DNA of 32,000 nucleotides from Candidatus Lokiarchaeum ossiferum (GTDB lineage Archaea; Asgardarchaeota; Lokiarchaeia; Sigyniarchaeales; Promethearchaeaceae). Where the stretch lies: assembly GCA_025839675.1 (NCBI GenBank), contig CP104013.1, positions 4,680,001 to 4,712,000 on the forward strand. Direction: 5' to 3'. Below the pieces are notes generated by a model, which made no database searches, was not told where the DNA came from, and was given only the letters and a program-made list of their open reading frames with translations. Positions 24,823 through 32,000 of the stretch are shown piece by piece. The first letter of the stretch is position 1. Each line of letters begins with the position of its first letter. The translations under genes and the position numbers were made by a program.

Positions 24823-27800
24823 ATGCTGAAAACACGGGAAGAAGTAAATCAACTAATTATTGATGCTGACAAATTGATTCAACAAGAAAAAATTTCAGAA
24901 GGACTTGCATTATTCGATAAAGCAAAAAAGCTTGCGATTGCATTAGATTGGGCTGAAAGAGAATCGCAAATATCTCAAATGATTTCTGATGTGCATTTTA
25001 ATGTAAAAAAAAGACGATTTCTTGAAGAAAAACAAAAAAAAATCGAAGAAAATCTCAAGAAACAGCAAGATGATGAAAATAAATTAGTCGCTGCTCAAAA
25101 AAGGGTATTTGATAAACAACAACAAAATAAACAATTGAAATTAGATCAGTTAAAACAGAAGAAGGAATTTGAATCCCAACAATCCGAAAAAGCTTATAAT
25201 CAATTAGAAATTGGCTCTAAATTTGTTTCTCAAAACCAGTTTGGGGAAGGATTGAATGCTTTTCAAGAAGCGCTAAGAATATTTACTGAAATACATTGGT
25301 CCGCAGAAATTATGCGTACTAAAGAATTAATTTCAGACACGAAAAATAGAAAAAATGAATATGATGTGAAACTTCTCAAGGAAAAACGAAATGTTGAGAC
25401 TCTCCAAAAATCTATTCAACAGGAAAATAAAATTATTGATTCAGAACGAGAAAAAAAAATTTTGGAAGATCAAAAGAAGAACTCAATAAATGAAGAAAAA
25501 ACAAAGAAACAATCTTTTGAAAATCAACTTTCAGATGAAATGTATGATGAAATTTCAAAATGGGAAAAAATTGGTGATGAATACCTTAAGCAAGTTAAAT
25601 CTGGAAATATACTTTCTACTGAGTGCCCATATCCACAAATTATTGAAATTTACTCCCAAAATTACAAAAAAGCAAAGAATCTTGGCTGGACAAATCAAGC
25701 AAATCGATTTTTTGAGGGTATCTCTTTATATAAGGAAAAAATGGTAAGAGATCAAAAACTCAGAGTTATTGAAGAAAGAAAAATATCTAAATCCAAAGCA
25801 GATCAAGATTATATCAATAAAAAAATTAAAACTTCTAAGTTATTGCAACAGGAAAGACAACAAAAAATAGCTTCTAAACGTCAAGAAGAAGAATTGAAAG
25901 CTCAACAAGAGCAAGCTATCGCGGATGAAGTATTGAAATCCATTGATACGATTGAGTCTACAATTAAGCTATATGAAAATCGTGCTGATCGCATTCCCTA
26001 TGAGTGTCCATATGCCCAAGCCATTGAAATTTATAAGGCGGGTGCGAACCGTTTAAAGGAACTCGGTTGGACGGAGCAATCTCAACGTCTTTATGATGGA
26101 ATGAATACATATCGCGAAAAATTAACCAAAGATCAACAATATAGAGAATCCGAAGCCAATCGTATTGCAAAAACCAAAGAAGAAGCGGAAATGTTAGAAA
26201 AACGGGCGACTCTTTCCAAACAATTACAGGAAGAAAAACAACAAAAACTCTTGTCCCAACGTCAAAAAGAAGAATTGAAAGCCCAACAAGAACAAGCAAT
26301 CGCGGATGAAGTGTTTAAATCCATTGATGCGATTGAGTCTACAATTAAGCTATATGAAAATCGTGCTGATCGCATTCCCTATGAGTGTCCATATGCCCAA
26401 GCCGTTGAAATTTATAAGGCGGGTGCGAACCGTTTGAAGGAACTCGGTTGGACGGAGCAATCTCAGCGTCTTTATGATGGAATGAATACTTACCGGGAAA
26501 AATTGACCAAGGATCAACAATATAGAGAGTCCGAAGCCAATCGTATTGCAAAAACCAAAGAAGAAGCAGAAATGTTAGAAAAACGAGCGGCTCTTTCCAA
26601 AAAATTACAAGAAGAAAAACAACAAAAACTCCTGTCCCAACGTCAAGAAGAAGAATTGAAAGCTCAACAAGAGCAAGCTATCGCGGATGAAGTGTTTAAA
26701 TCCATTGATGCGATTGAGTCTACAATTAAGCTATATGAAAATCGTGCTGATCGCATTCCCTATGAGTGTCCATATGCCCAAGCCATTGAAATATATAAGG
26801 CGGGTGCGAACCGTTTAAAGGAACTCGGTTGGACGGAGCAATCTCAACGTCTTTATGATGGAATGAATACATATCGCGAAAAATTAACCAAAGATCAACA
26901 ATATAGAGAATCCGAAGCCAATCGTATTGCAAAAACCAAAGAAGAAGCGGAAATGTTAGAAAAACGGGCGGCTCTTTCCAAACAATTACAGGAAGAAAAA
27001 CAACAAAAACTCTTGTCCCAACGTCAAGAAGAGGAATTGAAAGCTCAACAAGAGCAAGCTATCGCGGATGAAGTGTTTAAATCCATTGATACGATTGAGT
27101 CTACAATTAAGCTATATGAAAATCGTGCTGATCGCATTCCCTATGAGTGTCCATATGCCCAAGCCATTGAAATTTATAAGGCGGGTGCGAACCGTTTGAA
27201 GGAACTCGGTTGGAAGGAGCAATCTCAGCGTCTTTATGATGGAATGAATACTTACCGGGAAAAATTGACCAAGGATCAACAATATAGAGAGTCCGAAGCC
27301 AATCGTATTGCAAAAACCAAAGAAGAAGCGGAAATGTTAGAAAAACGGGCGGCTCTTTCCAAACAATTACAGGAAGAAAAACAACAAAAACTCCTGTCCC
27401 AACGTCAAAAAGAAGAATTGAAAGCCCAACAAGAACAAGCTATTGCGGATGAAGTGTTTAAATCCATTGATGCGATTGAGTCTACAATTAAGCTATATGA
27501 AAATCGTGCTGATCGCATTCCCTATGAGTGTCCATATGCCCAAGCCATTGAAATTTATAAGGCGGGTGCGAACCGTTTAAAGGAACTCGGTTGGACGGAG
27601 CAATCTCAGCGTCTTTATGATGGAATGAATACATATCGCGAAAAATTAACCAAAGATCAACAATATAGAGAATCCGAGGCCAATCGTATTGCAAAAACCA
27701 AAGAAGAAGCGGAAATGTTAGAAAAACGGGCGGCTCTTTCCAAACAATTGCAGGAAGAAAAACAACAAAAACTCCTGTCCCAACGTCAAGAAGAGGAATT

Positions 27801-30800
27801 GAAAGCTCAACAAGAGCAAGCTATCGCGGATGAAGTGTTTAAATTCATTGATACGATTGAGTCTACAATTAAGCTATATGAAAATCATGCTGATCGCATT
27901 CCCTATGAGTGTCCATATGCTCAAGCCATTGAAATTTATAAGGCGGGTGCGAACCGCTTGAAGGAAATCGGTTGGACGGAGCAATCTCTGCGTCTTTATG
28001 ATGGAATGAATACATATCGCGAAAAATTAACCAAAGATCAACAATATAGAGAATCCGAAGCCAATCGTATTGCAAAAACCAAAGAAGAAGCGGAAATGTT
28101 AGAAAAACGGGCGGCTCTTTCCAAACAATTACAGGAAGAAAAACAACAAAAACTCCTGTCCCAACGTCAAAAAGAAGAATTGAAAGCCCAACAAGAACAA
28201 GCTATTGCGGATGAAGTGTTTAATTCCATTGATACGATTGAGTCTACAATTAAACTATATGAAAATCATGCTGATCGCATTTCCTATGAATGCCCATATA
28301 CGCAAGCCATTGAAATTTATAAGGTGGGTGCGAACCGCTTGAAGGAACTCGGTTGGACGGAGCAATCTCAACGTCTTTATGATGGAATGAATACTTACCG
28401 CGAAAAGTTAACCAAAGATCAACAATATAGAGAGTCTGAAGCAATGAAAGTGCTAAAGACCCAAAAAGATACCGAATTGCTGGAAAAACGCTCCCTTTTA
28501 TCCCATCAACTAGAATTAGAAAAAAAGCAGCAAAAATTGCGTCATGAACAAGAATTAAGAGAAAAAGCCAGAAGAGAGAAATTACTAGGTGAAAGTGTTT
28601 TTAATGAAATCGATAAAATTGAAGCTGTTATAAAAAAATATGAATCCTTAGAGGATATTATCCCATATGAATGTCCATACTCTGAAGCCATAAATGTTTA
28701 TAAAAAGAGCGCAAATCGGTTGAAAGATTTGGGTTGGCTTGAACAATCTTTACGATTGTATGATGGAATGAATACTTATCGAGAGAAACTTGCAAAAGAT
28801 AAGCAATTTCGTTTAAATGATGCAAAAAGAATCGTAAAGACGAAGAAAGATGCCGAGATGTTAGAAAAAAGAGCAGCTATCTCCAAAAAATTACAACAGG
28901 AAAAAGAACAACGTATAATTAAGGAAAGAGAAGCAGAAAAGGCAAAACTTGATAATCAAACTACTATTGCAAATGAAATTTTTAGACAAATTGATGAAAT
29001 TGAAGAAATTGTCAAGAATTATGAAAACAATGTTGATATCTTTTCGATTGAATGTCCCTACTCTATTGCAATAGAAAAGTATCAATATGGTTCAAGGAAA
29101 TTGCAAGAGATTGGGTGGATTGAAGAATCAACTAGGTTGTTAGATGGGGTTGAGCTATATCGTGAAAAATTGATTAAAGACAATACTTTTCGCCAACTCG
29201 AGAAAAAACGAATTGAGAAAATTCAAGAAGATGCTGCTTTAATTGAACAACGTGTAAATTTATCTAAAAAATTGAAAGAAGAACGAGAAAAGATAGAAGA
29301 AGAGCAAAGATTCCGAGAATTGGAGAGTAAAAAACAAAAAGAGTCTTTAGCTCAAAAAGTTTTTTTGGAAATTGATGAAATCGAAAATCAAGTAAAACAA
29401 TATGAAAATCAACCGGATAGAATCCCATATGATTGTCCTTATCAAAAAGCTATAAATATATATCAAGAAAATGCGTCAAAATTGCGTGATATTGGTTGGG
29501 GCGAGGAAGCTGCTCGATTATTTGATGGTGTGAATACTTATCAACAAAAATTAGCTGCAGATAAAAGTTATAGAAAGTTGGAAATGCTGAGAGTTGCAAA
29601 GACCAAAGAAGAATCTGAAATGCTCGAACGAAGAGCTAAGCTGGCCAAAGAAATTGCTGAAGCAACTAAAGCTAAACAAAAAGCTGCAGAACTTCAAATA
29701 GAAAAGGAAAACCAATATAAAAAAGAACAAAGTGATATTGCTTTTGAATTAATGGATAGGGGAAATTTGCTTGCTAATGAACATAATCTTTTTGATCAAG
29801 CAATAGAAAAATTCAAGGAAGCTCAAGAAATTTTTCGTAATATTCATTGGTTTGCAGAAGAAGAGAAAGTTTTGATGCAAATATCTCATTTTCGGGAACG
29901 AAAGCTTCAAAAACAATTAGAAGAGCAGAAAAATAAAGAAGCTTACTTTAAACAACAAAAAGAAATCGAAGAAATAGAGCAACTTGCGAAATTGAGCCAA
30001 GAAATCCAAAATAAAAAATTAAAAGAAGAAGAAACTAGAAAGAGAATTGATGCTGAAGATAAACGAAAACAAGCTGAAATTGAATTTCAAAAACGAATCG
30101 AATTATCCCAAAAGCTAGAAGCAAAAAAATTACAAGAGCGACAGAAAGCTTTACAAGAAGAAATTAATAAAGAAATGCATAATAAGCAAATTCATGACGA
30201 ATGCCTGGAACTTCTAGAAAAAGCACGCGTTTTCGTGACTGATCAGAAAATTGAAGCAGCATTAAAAATTTATAATACAGTGATTGAAAAATATGCTTCA
30301 ATTGACTATTTTGACGGGATTAGACTAACAAAAGATACTATTCTTAAGGTAGAACAAGATTTTGAAGAATTTAAGAAGCAAGAAATGTTAAAACTCAAGT
30401 CTATTCAGGAAAGAAAGGAAGAAGAAGCGAGATTGGAAAAATTGATTTTAGCTGCTAAAGAAGAGTCGGAACGACAAAAGCTTGAAGAACAAAAAAGATT
30501 TTTGCAAGAAGAAGTAGAAAGGGAGGAAAGAGAGCAAATTCAAGATGAAATTATTACTTTAATTGCAGATGCTGGAAATCTTGCACAAAGTAATAATTTT
30601 GAAAAATCACTTGAAATCTATCAAAAAGCTTTAAAATTATTTGATAAAATTTCTTGGCCGTTAAAACATCAACAAGTAAAAAGCATCATTAATGAAGTTA
30701 AATCAAAGAAAAAAACTTATGAAGAAAATCTTCGCCTTAAAAAAATCCAGAATGAAAAGTTGGAGGCTGAAAGGAAAGAATTTGAAGAGATGATGGCTCA

Positions 30801-31647
30801 ACAAGAAAGAAAAAGAAAATCACAAGAAGAACTCGCTGAGCAGCAATCTATGGAAAGACAGATTGAGATCGCTCGTCAAAAAGAAATGGGTGATAATGCA
30901 TATCGCATGTTAGAATTAGCTGAGAATTCAAGCGAGTCTCGTAAAAAATATCTTGGTTTACATTATTTTCACTATGCTCTATTTAATTTCAAGACTATTG
31001 GATGGGATCGTGAAGCAAAAACTACCAAAAAAAGGTTTATTGGTATATATAATTCTATTCAATCTCCATTAATTGATGTTAATGAACTTTTGATGAACGA
31101 AAAACTTGAAAAGGAGTTTCACATAATGAATTCTTTAACGCAAGTTATTAAATGGAAGAATAGAAACGATTTTTCCGCTGCCCAAACCGAAATTAAGACG
31201 ATCATTCATCTGGTTCAAGAATTTGGGTGGGTTAAATCCTTAAAGTTACTCCAATCATTTCAAGACCAATTGAAAATTGAAGAAAAATTGTATCTGAAAG
31301 AATTGGAATCTGAACAATCTAAACCAAGTGAAGAAAAAGCAAATAAATTAATAAAACAAGCTACATATCAAATAAAACAATTATCCTATGATAAAGGAAT
31401 TAATTTGGCTGAAGAAGCTCACGAAATGCTTGTCCAGATTGGAAGGGCGAGAGAAGCGAGAACTGTGGAGCAAGAATTGTTGAGGTGGAAATTGAAAGCG
31501 GAAAAAGCGTTACAAAAGAAAAATTCATCCGATAGATCGGAATCTCCAAAAATATCTCAATATTTAACTGATGAAGAACGAAGAAGAGCAATTATTGATG
31601 AAAGAAAGCGTAGGAGAAGAGAAGCTCGCAAAAAATTTCAGAAATAA
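24823..31647 (+). CDS. 2274-aa soluble repeat protein: helical-hairpin mini-domains separated by long E/K/Q/R-rich helices; family unknown
   Basis: One uninterrupted 6.8-kb ORF with no hydrophobic TM segment or signal peptide. It has 11 modules with an (E/D)CPY...GW signature plus about 8 related hairpins with a conserved aromatic (e.g. EALRIFTEIHW, EAQEIFRNIHW, ALKLFDKISW, ALFNFKTIGW). The C-terminal tail is basic (RKRRRREARKKFQK). Confidence 0.85.
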   Translation: MLKTREEVNQLIIDADKLIQQEKISEGLALFDKAKKLAIALDWAERESQISQMISDVHFNVKKRRFLEEKQKKIEENLKKQQDDENKLVAAQKRVFDKQQQNKQLKLDQLKQKKEFESQQSEKAYNQLEIGSKFVSQNQFGEGLNAFQEALRIFTEIHWSAEIMRTKELISDTKNRKNEYDVKLLKEKRNVETLQKSIQQENKIIDSEREKKILEDQKKNSINEEKTKKQSFENQLSDEMYDEISKWEKIGDEYLKQVKSGNILSTECPYPQIIEIYSQNYKKAKNLGWTNQANRFFEGISLYKEKMVRDQKLRVIEERKISKSKADQDYINKKIKTSKLLQQERQQKIASKRQEEELKAQQEQAIADEVLKSIDTIESTIKLYENRADRIPYECPYAQAIEIYKAGANRLKELGWTEQSQRLYDGMNTYREKLTKDQQYRESEANRIAKTKEEAEMLEKRATLSKQLQEEKQQKLLSQRQKEELKAQQEQAIADEVFKSIDAIESTIKLYENRADRIPYECPYAQAVEIYKAGANRLKELGWTEQSQRLYDGMNTYREKLTKDQQYRESEANRIAKTKEEAEMLEKRAALSKKLQEEKQQKLLSQRQEEELKAQQEQAIADEVFKSIDAIESTIKLYENRADRIPYECPYAQAIEIYKAGANRLKELGWTEQSQRLYDGMNTYREKLTKDQQYRESEANRIAKTKEEAEMLEKRAALSKQLQEEKQQKLLSQRQEEELKAQQEQAIADEVFKSIDTIESTIKLYENRADRIPYECPYAQAIEIYKAGANRLKELGWKEQSQRLYDGMNTYREKLTKDQQYRESEANRIAKTKEEAEMLEKRAALSKQLQEEKQQKLLSQRQKEELKAQQEQAIADEVFKSIDAIESTIKLYENRADRIPYECPYAQAIEIYKAGANRLKELGWTEQSQRLYDGMNTYREKLTKDQQYRESEANRIAKTKEEAEMLEKRAALSKQLQEEKQQKLLSQRQEEELKAQQEQAIADEVFKFIDTIESTIKLYENHADRIPYECPYAQAIEIYKAGANRLKEIGWTEQSLRLYDGMNTYREKLTKDQQYRESEANRIAKTKEEAEMLEKRAALSKQLQEEKQQKLLSQRQKEELKAQQEQAIADEVFNSIDTIESTIKLYENHADRISYECPYTQAIEIYKVGANRLKELGWTEQSQRLYDGMNTYREKLTKDQQYRESEAMKVLKTQKDTELLEKRSLLSHQLELEKKQQKLRHEQELREKARREKLLGESVFNEIDKIEAVIKKYESLEDIIPYECPYSEAINVYKKSANRLKDLGWLEQSLRLYDGMNTYREKLAKDKQFRLNDAKRIVKTKKDAEMLEKRAAISKKLQQEKEQRIIKEREAEKAKLDNQTTIANEIFRQIDEIEEIVKNYENNVDIFSIECPYSIAIEKYQYGSRKLQEIGWIEESTRLLDGVELYREKLIKDNTFRQLEKKRIEKIQEDAALIEQRVNLSKKLKEEREKIEEEQRFRELESKKQKESLAQKVFLEIDEIENQVKQYENQPDRIPYDCPYQKAINIYQENASKLRDIGWGEEAARLFDGVNTYQQKLAADKSYRKLEMLRVAKTKEESEMLERRAKLAKEIAEATKAKQKAAELQIEKENQYKKEQSDIAFELMDRGNLLANEHNLFDQAIEKFKEAQEIFRNIHWFAEEEKVLMQISHFRERKLQKQLEEQKNKEAYFKQQKEIEEIEQLAKLSQEIQNKKLKEEETRKRIDAEDKRKQAEIEFQKRIELSQKLEAKKLQERQKALQEEINKEMHNKQIHDECLELLEKARVFVTDQKIEAALKIYNTVIEKYASIDYFDGIRLTKDTILKVEQDFEEFKKQEMLKLKSIQERKEEEARLEKLILAAKEESERQKLEEQKRFLQEEVEREEREQIQDEIITLIADAGNLAQSNNFEKSLEIYQKALKLFDKISWPLKHQQVKSIINEVKSKKKTYEENLRLKKIQNEKLEAERKEFEEMMAQQERKRKSQEELAEQQSMERQIEIARQKEMGDNAYRMLELAENSSESRKKYLGLHYFHYALFNFKTIGWDREAKTTKKRFIGIYNSIQSPLIDVNELLMNEKLEKEFHIMNSLTQVIKWKNRNDFSAAQTEIKTIIHLVQEFGWVKSLKLLQSFQDQLKIEEKLYLKELESEQSKPSEEKANKLIKQATYQIKQLSYDKGINLAEEAHEMLVQIGRAREARTVEQELLRWKLKAEKALQKKNSSDRSESPKISQYLTDEERRRAIIDERKRRRREARKKFQK
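25498..29688 (+). repeat. Array of 11 tandem 127-codon coding modules (1 diverged, 7 near-identical, 3 diverged)
   Basis: Module starts in register are about 25498, 25879, 26260, 26641, 27022, 27403, 27784, 28165, 28540 (6-nt deletion), 28927 (6-nt insertion) and 29308. Each carries ...Y(E/D)CPY..AI..Y......L...GW.E...R...G...Y..KL. Confidence 0.85.
25879..28443 (+). repeat. Near-identical 381-bp tandem repeat core (about 6.7 copies), in frame
   Basis: The string cgtcaaRaagaRgaattgaaagc recurs at exactly 381-nt spacing (25879 to 28165). Copies 1 and 3 differ at about five positions that I could find by eye. Identity is lost after about 28443. Confidence 0.95.
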
Positions 31648-31667
31648 TTCAATTTTTTCAAATTTTT

Positions 31668-31847
31668 TTAGTTTTCCCCTTTATTTTTCCTATTTTCAAT
31701 CAATTTTTTGAGTTGAATTTCATTACGTATTAAATCTCTAACTGCAGTACGAATAGCTTCGCTTCTGTTGGGGAACAATTTTTCATTTACTAATAAATCA
31801 AGCGTTTCAATATAAGCTTCAGGTATGTAAACAGTTAACATTTTCAT
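31668..31847 (-). CDS. Ribbon-helix-helix (CopG/Arc/MetJ-type) protein
   Basis: Not in the ORF track (59 aa). My translation is MKMLTVYIPEAYIETLDLLVNEKLFPNRSEAIRTAVRDLIRNEIQLKKLIENRKNKGEN. This is a classic RHH pattern: beta strand, then LD.LV, then (P/N)RSEAIR.A(V/I)RDL. It is convergent with the 2274-aa gene, with stops 20 nt apart. Confidence 0.8.
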   Translation of the reverse strand: MKMLTVYIPEAYIETLDLLVNEKLFPNRSEAIRTAVRDLIRNEIQLKKLIENRKNKGEN

Positions 31848-32000
31848 AATTCTCTAATTTTAGAAAGATTTTTATCGATTAGTAGTTTTTCATAAAATTT
31901 TAAAAAATTTCCAACCCCTTGCCCGTACACGTTACAAAATTATTATATACCGCGTAACACATAAGATACTTTGAAAATATATTTAAAAAAAATGTGATTT

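Noticed and set aside
25879-28443. Possibility that the regular repeats are a CRISPR array or satellite DNA
   Set aside because: The units are 381 bp and contiguous, with no unique spacers. They lie in one long open frame and their variants are mostly synonymous, so this is a coding tandem repeat.
25964-28444. Ladder of minus-strand ORFs (111, 68, 68, 68, 68, 68 and 64 aa; MQYDWLR... peptides) spaced 381 nt apart
   Set aside because: They are antisense shadows of the tandem repeat inside the 2274-aa plus-strand ORF. Their recurrence reflects DNA repetition, not independent genes. Their sequences are low-complexity with no recognisable motif.

Overview
AT-rich archaeal chromosomal window. The gene content points to an Asgard (Lokiarchaeia-like) archaeon. 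This is an inference from a Rab-like small GTPase, stand-alone ribosomal proteins eL38 and eL40, archaeal/eukaryotic-type Pth2 and an archaeal SRP54. No rRNA, tRNA, CRISPR array or mobile element was recognised by eye. I call 22 protein genes. Three are absent from the supplied ORF track: a multi-PAS histidine kinase running off the left edge (1..1666, minus strand), eL40 (51 aa) and a 59-aa RHH protein. Layout: (1) 1-2.8 kb holds the sensor kinase and a sequon-rich anchored protein. (2) 2.8-9.6 kb is a co-directional housekeeping block: SRP54, ATL, dihydroorotase-like amidohydrolase, AMMECR1, YgiQ radical SAM and NadC. (3) 9.7-11.0 kb is a minus-strand string: eL40, eL38, Pth2 and a NikR-like RHH regulator. 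(4) 11.4-14.4 kb holds a Zn-ribbon/disordered/coiled-coil protein, the Rab-like GTPase and a 7-TM protein. (5) 14.5-20.8 kb is a carbohydrate cluster: NDP-sugar pyrophosphorylase, a PGM/PMM-fold protein with degenerate catalytic loops and a 1123-aa GH13-like enzyme. (6) 21.1-24.4 kb holds a UPF0182 membrane protein. (7) 24.4-31.9 kb holds a small wHTH-like ORF, a 2274-aa non-membrane repeat protein and a convergent RHH gene. The best candidate for something undescribed is the 2274-aa protein. It carries 11 copies of a 127-aa module with an invariant (E/D)CPY...GW signature, a short helical-hairpin unit joined to a long E/K/Q/R-rich helix. Seven copies are near-identical in-frame 381-bp tandem repeats. 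Their variants are mosaic and mostly synonymous. I cannot assign this module to any family I know. All homology calls come from motif recognition by eye; no searches were run.
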